Assembly: GCA_050253335.1 (NCBI GenBank)
Contig: JBFWJG010000023.1
Location: 1-34,930, forward strand
DNA: 34,930 nucleotides
Direction: 5' to 3'
DNA from: Deferribacterales bacterium
Lineage (GTDB): Bacteria; Chrysiogenota; Deferribacteres; Deferribacterales; Geovibrionaceae
The notes under the pieces are model-generated. The model was given only the letters and a program-made list of their open reading frames with translations. It ran no database searches and was not told where the DNA came from. The position numbers and the translations under genes were made by a program. Shown here in pieces: positions 9,048 through 17,805 of this stretch. How positions within the stretch are numbered: the stretch's first letter is position 1; every line of letters starts with the position of its first letter.

Positions 9048-10462
9048 AACACTTCCAGTATATTCTGAATCTTTTCGCGGACATATTTGTTATCTTCCGC
9101 TGTCAGTCTGCTCCGGAGAACATCCTTGTAGCCCTCCGGCCTGATGGTGTCCAGAATCTCCACGGCTTTAAAGCGCACAAGCCAGCTTTCATCCGCGGAA
9201 ACAAGTTCGGCGGCGGTTGCGGCGGCGGCCTCCGGCCTGATTTTCAGAAGAGAACCGAGAACCTCCTTGCGGACATCCTCGTTGTCATCCTTAACCAGCT
9301 TCTGAAGAAATGCCGAGGAATCATATTTTATTTTGCCGAGAGCCTCAATTATGGCGAGACGCACATTCTCCTCAACATCGCCGTAAGCTTCTATGAGCTT
9401 TTCCGCGCTGACTTCGCTGTGCATCTCTCCCAGAGCCTTAACGGCGAAGTAGCCTACCCAGCTGTCTTTATCAGTGATGCGCTTGAGTATCTCCTCAACC
9501 TTGTCCTTGGCTTTTATGCGCACAAGACCGCCGGCGGAAGCTTCCCTGACTTTTAGAGACTCGTCATCAAAACCGGCGAGAAGGATATCGGCAACCCCGG
9601 GTTTGTTGAACCCTGCAAGGCTTTTCACAGTGAATGCCCGCACATCCTCGCTCTTCTCTGTTTTGAGGTGTTCCATGAGGATTGCATAGCTCTGAGAATC
9701 ATTAATCAGGGAAAGAGCCTGAGAGGCAACAATACGCAGGCGGGGGGAATCTGCTTTGAGAAGCGCGCCGATCTTCTCAGCGTCGCTGTCGTCAGCGAGG
9801 AGAGCTATTGAACCCGCCGCGGCTTCCGCCACTTCGCTTACACTGCTTTTCAGAAATTCATAAAGCCTTTCCTTCACGGAAAGCTCGCCGAACCAGCCGA
9901 GAACAAGAATGGCCGCTCTGACCACCGAGCCTGAATCGCTGTCGAGGCATTCCCTGATCTTGTCCGTCGCGTCATAGTCATGCGCCTTGCCTATTGTAAG
10001 CACTGCGTATTCTTTCAGCAGAGGGTCATTCAGCGAGAGCACTTCATAGAGTCTGGCTTTTATATCATCAGTATAATTTTCCGCTATGTAGTCGGAAACC
10101 CTGTCCGCCTCTTCGGGATCCAGAAACTTTTCCAGAAGCTCATCGGCGGTGAAGGATGTGTAGTCCTGAGTGATGGTGAACAGCGGGAGAAGGTTTGTCA
10201 TCTCAAAAAGCTGGTAAACCTCCTCGCTCACATTAACAAGGAGAAGCTCCGCCTTCTTTTTCTGAACCTCTTTCTTAAAAGCCAGTATTGTGGCCAGTGA
10301 TTTGCTCTGAAGAAAAAAGCAGTTTTTGAGATCGAGAATGACTTTGTAGATTCCCGTTTCCGCCCTTACGGCTGCAAGACCCTCGTTCAGGCCGTCCACA
10401 TGACTTTCTGCGCCGATGACGACACGAAGCGTGTCTTTATTTCTGGCAAGTTCAACGTTCAT
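9044..10462 (-). CDS. STAS domain + HEAT-repeat protein
   Basis: N-terminal STAS-like segment (VILDLKNCFFLQSKSLATIL...VYQLFEMTNLLPLF) followed by many HEAT/PBS repeats (VRAAILVLG, VREASAGGL, VRLAIIEALGKI). Confidence 0.85.
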   Translation of the reverse strand: MNVELARNKDTLRVVIGAESHVDGLNEGLAAVRAETGIYKVILDLKNCFFLQSKSLATILAFKKEVQKKKAELLLVNVSEEVYQLFEMTNLLPLFTITQDYTSFTADELLEKFLDPEEADRVSDYIAENYTDDIKARLYEVLSLNDPLLKEYAVLTIGKAHDYDATDKIRECLDSDSGSVVRAAILVLGWFGELSVKERLYEFLKSSVSEVAEAAAGSIALLADDSDAEKIGALLKADSPRLRIVASQALSLINDSQSYAILMEHLKTEKSEDVRAFTVKSLAGFNKPGVADILLAGFDDESLKVREASAGGLVRIKAKDKVEEILKRITDKDSWVGYFAVKALGEMHSEVSAEKLIEAYGDVEENVRLAIIEALGKIKYDSSAFLQKLVKDDNEDVRKEVLGSLLKIRPEAAAATAAELVSADESWLVRFKAVEILDTIRPEGYKDVLRSRLTAEDNKYVREKIQNILEVL

Positions 10463-10465
10463 TTC

Positions 10466-10786
10466 CTACCCCAGTGCCTGTGCCTCTGTTTCGTATATCT
10501 TAAAAACTTTATCAAGACCTGTAAAAGCAAACATCTCCCTTATATCGGAGGACATTTCGCAGAGCCCGAGCTCTTTTTTCATTTTGTTGGCGTTTTTAAG
10601 CAGATCAATTATTTCCCTCAGTCCGGAGCTGTTCATGTAGACAACGCCTTTGAAGGAAAGAACCGCCGCATTGTGCGATGCGAACATTTCAAGAACCTTT
10701 TTTTTCAGTTCCCCGCCTGTCTGCGCGTTAACTTCACCTTTGATGTAAACTACCTGCTTTCCGTTTTTACCCTGAACGTCGAACAT
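10466..10786 (-). CDS. Anti-sigma-factor antagonist (STAS, RsbV/SpoIIAA-like)
   Basis: IKGEVNA, FKGVVYMNSSGLREII (phospho-Ser motif) and FAFTGLDKVFKIY; GGAGG RBS. Confidence 0.92.
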   Translation of the reverse strand: MFDVQGKNGKQVVYIKGEVNAQTGGELKKKVLEMFASHNAAVLSFKGVVYMNSSGLREIIDLLKNANKMKKELGLCEMSSDIREMFAFTGLDKVFKIYETEAQALG

Positions 10787-10795
10787 CGCCGCCTC

Positions 10796-12370
10796 CTAAA
10801 TCTTTTTGAATGCCAGTATGGTTATATCGTCCTCGAACGGAATTCCCTCGGCGAAGAGCTTAACATCGTCCATAATGTTTTTAATCATCTCGCTGACGGG
10901 CAGTTCGCTGAACATCATTATTTTTGAAATCAGCCTGTCATAGCCGTACTGTTCCCTTTGCGCGTTCATGGCTTCGTTCAGTCCGTCGGTGTACATAAAC
11001 ACAATATCGCCGGAATCTATCTCAAAGCCGCCCTGCTCATAGTCCACACTGTCAAAAGCGCCGAGGAACAGCCCCTGCGCAGTCACCTTGCGGACAAGCA
11101 TTTCAGATTTGTCGTAAAACAGCATGGGGTTGTGACCCGCGCTGGCGAAGTTGCATCTGCCGGTTTTTGAATCCAGCACCACGTAAAACATGGTAACGAA
11201 GTCATTTGTATGTATATTGTCGCAGAGGATCTCGTTCACCATCGCAAGCGCCTCGGAAGAAGCCACTATGTCATAGGTGTACGATCTCATTATTGCTCTT
11301 GTTATAGCCATTATAACAGATGCGGGGATTCCGTGCCCGGAAACATCCGCAACACCCAGCCCCCAGTATCCGTTGCTCATCTCTATGCAGTCGTAATAGT
11401 CGCCGCCGGCATGTTCCGCCGGAGTGTAGAAGGCGCCGAAATCATAGTCCTTTATGGCGGGCAGTGTCTCCGGAAGAAGGCTGGCCTGTATCTCGCCCAC
11501 CTGCCTGAGTTCCTCGTCAATGATCCTCTGCGCCTCTTTCAGCCTTTCGTTCATACGGAGGAGATCCTTGTTCAGCAGAGACATCTGCCTCTGTTTCTCC
11601 TCAAGAACCGACTGCTGGTTCTTTATCTCGTCAATGAGCTTCAGCTCTTTTGTGGTGTCCCTTACGCTTTCGACTATGTACTGGTCAAAGCGGTTGAAGC
11701 TCACAGTGAGCTTTTTCCCGAACGCTTCCCTGAAAGAGCGTGTGACCTTTTTGTCCAGCATCGGACAGTCCCTGCACTGCTCAGTATAGCCGTACATTTC
11801 ATAGCACTTTTCAGGTCTGCCCTCGGAGCCGCCCGCTCTGGACATTTCAATCAGGTTCTGGTTGGCGATATTGACGGACATGTCCGGATTGACAACCATA
11901 ACACCCTCGTTAAGGGAGTTTACGGTGTTCATGATAAACTTGTGCTCCTTCTCCGTTTCCTTGCGGCGGAGATTGAGGATGACGTTTGAGGCCTTGAGCT
12001 CTTTTGTATGGTGGGTAAGCTTGTCTATGAGCTTTTTTGTGCTTGTGATATCGTCCAGAATTTCGGCGTACATGCCGTCTGAAAGTTTCTGAAATTTTGC
12101 TGAAAGAAGCTTCCTGAAGCCTCGGTGAGTTATTGTGTCGTGCTCTATGTCCACTGCCATTTTGCCGTTTTTAAGCAGCTCAAGCTGGCAGTTGGCGCAG
12201 GGTTCCAGTCTGTTGAATATGACAAGATGGCATTTCTTGCCTATCAGTCTTTCAGCGGGTTTCCCTGTGATGTTCTTCATCGGGGTGCTGCAGAACATGA
12301 TTTCGTATCTGTCATTAACTACCATGACTATTTCATTCATGTAGTTGAGAATTTCCTGGTTAAACTCCAT
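10796..12370 (-). CDS. PAS-PAS-SpoIIE/PP2C (RsbU-like) serine phosphatase
   Basis: C-terminal GGDYYD, DVSGHG, SAGHNP, YTDGLNEA and DDIT motifs; two PAS-like segments and coiled coils at the N-terminus. Confidence 0.93.
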   Translation of the reverse strand: MEFNQEILNYMNEIVMVVNDRYEIMFCSTPMKNITGKPAERLIGKKCHLVIFNRLEPCANCQLELLKNGKMAVDIEHDTITHRGFRKLLSAKFQKLSDGMYAEILDDITSTKKLIDKLTHHTKELKASNVILNLRRKETEKEHKFIMNTVNSLNEGVMVVNPDMSVNIANQNLIEMSRAGGSEGRPEKCYEMYGYTEQCRDCPMLDKKVTRSFREAFGKKLTVSFNRFDQYIVESVRDTTKELKLIDEIKNQQSVLEEKQRQMSLLNKDLLRMNERLKEAQRIIDEELRQVGEIQASLLPETLPAIKDYDFGAFYTPAEHAGGDYYDCIEMSNGYWGLGVADVSGHGIPASVIMAITRAIMRSYTYDIVASSEALAMVNEILCDNIHTNDFVTMFYVVLDSKTGRCNFASAGHNPMLFYDKSEMLVRKVTAQGLFLGAFDSVDYEQGGFEIDSGDIVFMYTDGLNEAMNAQREQYGYDRLISKIMMFSELPVSEMIKNIMDDVKLFAEGIPFEDDITILAFKKI

Positions 12371-12572
12371 CTATTCCAGCCGTAATTTTTTATTTTCCGC
12401 AAAGCCGCCGCAGGCAGTTAGCCTGATTATAATATAATGCTCCGTCAAAGTTAACAAATAATACCACTCTTATCAGGAATTTTCAGGATTTTCCTTTCAT
12501 TCCCGCAAAGCCGCCGTTCCGCAGTTATAGCAGAATTAAGTATCATTATAAACATTTAAGGCTGAAAATCTC

Positions 12573-13544
12573 TTACTCGTTCATCATAAGAAGAAAGAAA
12601 AACCCGAAAAAAACTATTACTGCGATGGACATATACAGAAGTTTCCATGCGATTTTCTGCGCTCTCTCCATGAGTGAAATCTTGTACTCGTCCACACTGG
12701 CTTCCAGAGTTTCCAGATACTGAAGATCAAGCTCGACCTGTTCTCGGCTGCGTTTCATCTCGTCTTCAGATTCGTATTCTATGACTGCTCCGATATATAT
12801 CAGAAGATACTGCATAAGCGAAAACAGGCGGGTCTTAACATCGTAGAATTTATCAGTGAAGTTAAAAACCGATACTTTAAGCACTTCAGGAAGAATATCA
12901 TGCTGAATCTTCTTGAACTTGTCCCTTATTTCCGGGGTGATGTTGTTGATATCTTCCATGCGGTCAATTTCGTCCAGAATATTTCTGGTCATTTTGCAGT
13001 ATTTCTCGGCAATCATGGTAACTTTGCTTGTGGGAACCGTAACCAGCCCCCGCTCAGCCTGCCTGCCTTTCAGATAGTTTTTCAGAAGTGTGTACCCGCT
13101 GGGAACACCTTTTGCCTTTCTCTTTTTCTGGTGCTTGTATTTTTTCTTCTTTTCGAGAGCGTTGATGGTTTCCAATATGTCAGTGGGGGTAAAGATATAA
13201 TGATCCCTGCCGTCAAGGACATCCTTCTCTTTCTTTTCCAGATTGCCGTTGGTGAAGAAGAAAAGCTTGGTGACGTTCTCTTCGTTCATTGTGCGCAGAA
13301 CATCGGTGCTTATGTAGGGATCGACATCCTTCTCCCCCTCCACAACCTCAATCCAGACAAGGGCATTGTCGTTTTCATCCTTTGACGAGCGCCACACTTC
13401 AATCCGTCTTTTACCCTGACCGTCGAAAACGGATCTGTGAACGGCGAAATGGAAGTCGTGGAGGATCTCCGTTATCAGCTCATAGAAATTCTTCAGGCTG
13501 ATATTATAAAAATCCTCATACCTGATCAGATCATTTTCGCTCAT
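12573..13544 (-). CDS. Hypothetical protein with degenerate Mrr-like N-terminal fold and C-terminal TM anchor
   Basis: 323-aa ORF overlapping the upstream gene; hydrophobic C-terminus (LLYMSIAVIVFFGFFFLLM); N-terminal pattern resembles Mrr_cat (see findings). Confidence 0.7.
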   Translation of the reverse strand: MSENDLIRYEDFYNISLKNFYELITEILHDFHFAVHRSVFDGQGKRRIEVWRSSKDENDNALVWIEVVEGEKDVDPYISTDVLRTMNEENVTKLFFFTNGNLEKKEKDVLDGRDHYIFTPTDILETINALEKKKKYKHQKKRKAKGVPSGYTLLKNYLKGRQAERGLVTVPTSKVTMIAEKYCKMTRNILDEIDRMEDINNITPEIRDKFKKIQHDILPEVLKVSVFNFTDKFYDVKTRLFSLMQYLLIYIGAVIEYESEDEMKRSREQVELDLQYLETLEASVDEYKISLMERAQKIAWKLLYMSIAVIVFFGFFFLLMMNE

Positions 13545-14253
13545 AGAGATCAGCTCTCCTGTTCATGGGCTGGCCGTTTACGGTATTTTCCGCCGCAGGC
13601 ATCAGTGTGCCCATGCCCTTAGCGGCTATATTCACCGCGGACACACCGTCCGCAGAAAGAACAGACTTCAGGAACTCCGCCCTCTTGCGGGCAAGATCAA
13701 AGTTTGTGTCGAAGCGTTCGTTTTCCATAACACGCAGTGTGTCCGTATGCCCCAGTATAAGATACTCCCCTGAGTCATTAAGAGAGGAAATTTTTGCGCT
13801 GAGTTCCGCAGGAACCTCTGCCTGAAACCGCCCTATGGCGAAATAAAGGGTGCCTATGTAGGTGTAGTTGTCGTCAGTGAGCATGGCGGGGGAACCCGGA
13901 GGCAGAGAAGAAGAGGAACCCGCCTGCTGCGGGGGCAGTTCTCCGGCGGAGACAGCTTTATCACGATCACTCCCCGAGGGGGATTTGCCGTTGTCTCCTG
14001 TGTATCTGAACTTATGGTTGGGGGGAAAAGGCTCTGCTGTTTCCTTCTCTTCAATCCTGATCAGTTTCCAGCCGTTCAGCACAATCTGGCTGCGCGCTTC
14101 GTCAATATCTTCCGCGCGGACATGCATTGTGGTCACAGCCGAACTCCCCTCACGGGTTATGTGGATGAGGAAAAGCTTGCGTCCGTCAGCGGCGGCTTTT
14201 TCAGCGCCACCAGTTAAAACGGATATAATTAGAATCGGCAGGAGGATTTTCAT
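13531..14253 (-). CDS. Secreted OmpA/MotB-like peptidoglycan-binding domain protein
   Basis: Signal peptide MKILLPILIISVLTGGAEKAAA (start reassigned to ATG 14253); OmpA_C motifs GHTD, NFDLARKRAEFL and NRRADL. Confidence 0.85.
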   Translation of the reverse strand: MKILLPILIISVLTGGAEKAAADGRKLFLIHITREGSSAVTTMHVRAEDIDEARSQIVLNGWKLIRIEEKETAEPFPPNHKFRYTGDNGKSPSGSDRDKAVSAGELPPQQAGSSSSLPPGSPAMLTDDNYTYIGTLYFAIGRFQAEVPAELSAKISSLNDSGEYLILGHTDTLRVMENERFDTNFDLARKRAEFLKSVLSADGVSAVNIAAKGMGTLMPAAENTVNGQPMNRRADLYERK

Positions 14254-14539
14254 AAAGAAGCGGACGGTAGTTTGCATTCCCAAGCCTGTTTTCCTCCAGA
14301 ACTTTATTGAAATCATTTCCGGGATATTTCTGAACAATTTTCAGGTTTTTGATTATGTCGCTTCCGCCGTTATGAAACAGAAAAGCTTTCGGACCGAGCA
14401 TGGAGGCGGTCTGAAAGCGGCGGCTTACGGTTGTAACCTCGTAGACATAAACAGCGGAGTGCGCTTCCCCCGCAAAGAGGAGAAGCGCCGTAATGCTAAT
14501 GAGAAGCTTTCTGGGCAAGCAGCTCATCAATCTTATCAA
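14201..14539 (-). CDS. Small secreted hypothetical protein
   Basis: Signal-peptide-like RKLLISITALLLFAGEAHSA; fills the gap between cheA and the OmpA-like gene, overlapping both; exact start uncertain. Confidence 0.55.
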   Translation of the reverse strand: MIRLMSCLPRKLLISITALLLFAGEAHSAVYVYEVTTVSRRFQTASMLGPKAFLFHNGGSDIIKNLKIVQKYPGNDFNKVLEENRLGNANYRPLLYENPPADSNYIRFNWWR

Positions 14540-16604
14540 GCATTGTCTGCAGGTTCAGCGGTTTAAGAAGGAAAGCGTTTATGCCGGCGGCGCTCACTTT
14601 CTTCCTGTCCGTAACTTCGGATCTGCCTGAAACTGCGATAATGGGTTTTTCATATCCTCTTTCCCTGATCATTTTGGAAAGATCATATCCGTCAAGATCA
14701 GGCATCATAATATCAGTCACTATGATGTCGGGATCGTTGGTCTCAAGGTATTTAAGGGCATCCCTTCCGGCGGATACTTCGTCAACATTTATCCAGCCTG
14801 TCGAAGTAAGGAGGCGGTTCATTATCTTCCTGTCCGTAGCTGAATCATCCACCACGAGAACGTTTACGCTGTTGGCGCTCTTCTTGACCGCTCCGGTTTT
14901 CTTTTTCTTGCGTGAGCGTCTGGGCATTTTACCGGCTATGTCGATTACTCCGGCAACGTCAATAATAAGCCTTACACGGCCGTCACCCATGATGGTTGCG
15001 CCCGCTATGCCCACATTGCCGCTGAGATACTCGCCGAGGGATTTGATAACAATCTCTTCCTGACCCACGAGCTTATCGACTATGAAGCCGAGCTTCTTCT
15101 CCGCAAGCCCCACAACAACAACGTATATATCGTCCTTGTATGAGCCTTCGAGTTCGTATATCTCGTCAAGGCGGAGCAGACTGAGAACGGAATCCCTGAG
15201 TTTAAGGACTTCTCTGCCCTCGAAGTTATGCACTTCCTTGAGGTTGATGCGCACTGTTTCAACAACGGAAACAAGGGGAATCGCGAATGTCTCGCCGGAA
15301 ACATCCACAAGCAGTGCCTGAATAATGGCAAGGGTGAGGGGAAGTTTGAGGCGGAAGCGGGTTCCGTGTCCGAGTTCGGATTCTATATTTATGATTCCGT
15401 TAAGTTTTTCTATGTTTGTCTTAACAACGTCCATCCCGACGCCGCGGCCGGAGATGCTGGTTATTTTCTCCGCAGTGGAGAAGCCGGGCTTGAAGATAAG
15501 GTTAAAAGCGCCCTCGTTGTCAAGGTTTTTGGCTTCTTCGGGGGTGATGACTCCTTTTTCGACAGCTTTCTTTTTAAGCTTGCCGGGGTCCATCCCTTTT
15601 CCGTCATCCCTGATTTCAACCACAATATGGTTGCCTTCATGGTAAGCGGAAAGATGAACAGTGCCTTTCACAGGCTTGCCTGCTTTCCTTCTTTCCTCAG
15701 GACCTTCCACTCCGTGGTCAACGGCGTTTCTGATCATGTGGATAAGCGGATCGCCTATCTCCTCAACAACGGACTTGTCAAGCTCGGTTTCTTCACCGGT
15801 GATGACAAGCTCTATCTCCTTGTTTTTCTCTCTGGAGAGGTCGCGCACCATGCGGGGGAATTTATTGAAAACCTTGCCGATGGGAACCATTCTTGTTTTC
15901 ATCACGGCAAGCTGAAGCTCGGTTGTGATGAGCCCTATCTGGGAAGTGGTTTCCATAAGCTGTTCTATGAGGAATTCGCCTTCAAACTTTTTCTCAAGCT
16001 CGCTTGAAATCTGGCCTATTCTGTTTCTGCTGAGGACAAGCTCGCCCACAAGGTTCATAAGCGAGTCAAGCCTTGAAACATCCACTCTTATGGTCTGCTC
16101 GATGGACATGGCGGCTTTCTTCACCTGATTAACATCATTGTCCACGCGCTTTCCTGAGGGAGCGGGCGCAGCGGATTTGCCTGAGGATTCGCCGCCGCCG
16201 TCTATTTCGTCAAAGTTGCCGTCATTGGCAAGCTTCAGCTTTTTGACGGTTTCATCTATTTTCACTGTGTTTTTGCCGGCTTTAATGTCCGCAAGGATAT
16301 GCTTGGTAACATCCACAAACTCAAGGAGGATGTCCATGATAACCGCATTGACCTGCATCTCGTTTTTGCGGAGCTTGTTAAGAATCTCCTCCGCGTGGTG
16401 GGTGAGGTTCGCCATTTTATCGAACCCGAGGAAGGAGGATGCCCCTTTCATTGTGTGGGCAGCGCGGAAAATCTTGTTCAGGAGGTCGAGATCATTTTTG
16501 CTGTTCTCAAGCTCAACAAGGTCATGGTCGAGACTTTCTATAATTTCATCTGTTTCAAGAATAAAATCCTGTACAAGATCCTGCATGTCGCCGATGCCGT
16601 CCAT
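14496..16604 (-). CDS. cheA: Chemotaxis histidine kinase CheA with C-terminal receiver domain
   Basis: HPT IFRAAHTMKG, dimerisation RLDSLMNLVGELV, HATPase (HMIRNAVDHG, DDGKG, GRGVGMDVV), CheW-like domain, then REC (VVDDS, TDIMMP, FLLKP). No P2 domain apparent. Confidence 0.97.
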   Translation of the reverse strand: MDGIGDMQDLVQDFILETDEIIESLDHDLVELENSKNDLDLLNKIFRAAHTMKGASSFLGFDKMANLTHHAEEILNKLRKNEMQVNAVIMDILLEFVDVTKHILADIKAGKNTVKIDETVKKLKLANDGNFDEIDGGGESSGKSAAPAPSGKRVDNDVNQVKKAAMSIEQTIRVDVSRLDSLMNLVGELVLSRNRIGQISSELEKKFEGEFLIEQLMETTSQIGLITTELQLAVMKTRMVPIGKVFNKFPRMVRDLSREKNKEIELVITGEETELDKSVVEEIGDPLIHMIRNAVDHGVEGPEERRKAGKPVKGTVHLSAYHEGNHIVVEIRDDGKGMDPGKLKKKAVEKGVITPEEAKNLDNEGAFNLIFKPGFSTAEKITSISGRGVGMDVVKTNIEKLNGIINIESELGHGTRFRLKLPLTLAIIQALLVDVSGETFAIPLVSVVETVRINLKEVHNFEGREVLKLRDSVLSLLRLDEIYELEGSYKDDIYVVVVGLAEKKLGFIVDKLVGQEEIVIKSLGEYLSGNVGIAGATIMGDGRVRLIIDVAGVIDIAGKMPRRSRKKKKTGAVKKSANSVNVLVVDDSATDRKIMNRLLTSTGWINVDEVSAGRDALKYLETNDPDIIVTDIMMPDLDGYDLSKMIRERGYEKPIIAVSGRSEVTDRKKVSAAGINAFLLKPLNLQTMLDKIDELLAQKASH

Positions 16605-16735
16605 ATAGGAACCTCCTTAATGTTTAGCCGTTCAGGCCGCCCCGGGTAGAGGCTTATTGTGTCTGAAAGTAAGATAACAGCGGGGAAAATTACTTCAAGA
16701 CAATTTACAGTAAAAAAGTGTGAATTAACCGCTTA

Positions 16736-17374
16736 TTATATACCGAATTCCTTCAAAAGCTCGTCAACGAGGTTCTGGTTCTCCATTATACCGTCTTTTG
16801 ACTTGAGTTTCTCAAGGGTTTCAACATCAATTTTTCTATCTTTAACCCCGAGCATAAGAACGAGGTGTGTAAGTCTTTCCTGAAGGTCGTAAATAATTTT
16901 GATAAGCTTGTCGATTTTCTGCTTGGTTATGTCCTGAAATTCAAGGGAGGCTATTATATCGAAGCTGATGTCCTGACCTGCAAGCCCTTTGTCCCGCAGA
17001 CGGTCAAGTACGCCGTTGATTTTGCTGAAGTCGCCGCTTTCGGCATATTTCCTCAGAGAACCGAGATTTTCCTTTATATCGTCAATGTTGAAATTGATTT
17101 TATCCACGCATTCAAGAACGTTTTCGGAAGCTTCCTTGGAGTCTTTAATCACGCTGTGAAGAATGCTCTCGAAACCGGGCAGATCTTCATACGCATCCTC
17201 AACCGCAGAACTGACAGTCTGAAGCTTTTTAACAGCCTTGCTGAAATATTCTGCTATATGAAAGAGTTCGCTCTCGGGATTGACGTCGATTCCCACAACG
17301 TCATAGTTTCCGTTACTGATGTTTCTTGCAATATCAAGAAGCTCATTAACGTCCTTAAAATGGTTCATAATCAC
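16736..17374 (-). CDS. cheZ: CheZ-like chemotaxis phosphatase
   Basis: LEFQDITKQ (DxxxQ catalytic motif) and C-terminal QNLVDELLKEFGI CheY-binding tail; coupled to cheY. Confidence 0.8.
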   Translation of the reverse strand: MIMNHFKDVNELLDIARNISNGNYDVVGIDVNPESELFHIAEYFSKAVKKLQTVSSAVEDAYEDLPGFESILHSVIKDSKEASENVLECVDKINFNIDDIKENLGSLRKYAESGDFSKINGVLDRLRDKGLAGQDISFDIIASLEFQDITKQKIDKLIKIIYDLQERLTHLVLMLGVKDRKIDVETLEKLKSKDGIMENQNLVDELLKEFGI

Positions 17375-17748
17375 AGACCCAGAAGTTTGTCTATCTTCTC
17401 TTTAAGAGTATCGGGGGTAAAGGGTTTTACCACATAGTTGTTCACACCGCTTCTGAGTGCGGTAAGAATGTCTTCCTTGGCGGCTTCAGTTGTTACCATG
17501 AGAATCGGCATTGTTTTGTACTCTTCTTTGGATCTGAGAGTTTTAACAAAAGTGAGACCGTCCATCTCCGGCATGTTCCAGTCGGTAATAACAACATCTA
17601 CCTTGTTTTTAGCCATGACATCAAGAGCCTCCACACCGTTTCCGGCTTCGAGTATGTTTGAGAAGCCGAGCTTGAGAAGAGTGTTCTTGATAATTCTTCT
17701 CATAGTGGAAGAGTCGTCCACTGTTATTACAACGTGATGATGAGCCAT
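17371..17748 (-). CDS. cheY: Chemotaxis response regulator CheY
   Basis: VDDSSTMRRII, TDWNMPEMDG, MVTTE and YVVKPFT. Confidence 0.96.
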   Translation of the reverse strand: MAHHHVVITVDDSSTMRRIIKNTLLKLGFSNILEAGNGVEALDVMAKNKVDVVITDWNMPEMDGLTFVKTLRSKEEYKTMPILMVTTEAAKEDILTALRSGVNNYVVKPFTPDTLKEKIDKLLGL

Positions 17749-17805
17749 TCAATCCTCCGCCTTGAGATGTCATAATATCATATTATTTATATTATAACAC
17801 CAATG

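Noticed and set aside
12391..12530. c-di-GMP-I riboswitch (CGCAAAGC) or sigma54 promoter upstream of the phosphatase
   Set aside because: CGCAAAGC is on the non-transcribed strand and lacks the GGCAAA/GAAA-tetraloop stem; the GG-to-GC spacing does not match -24/-12.
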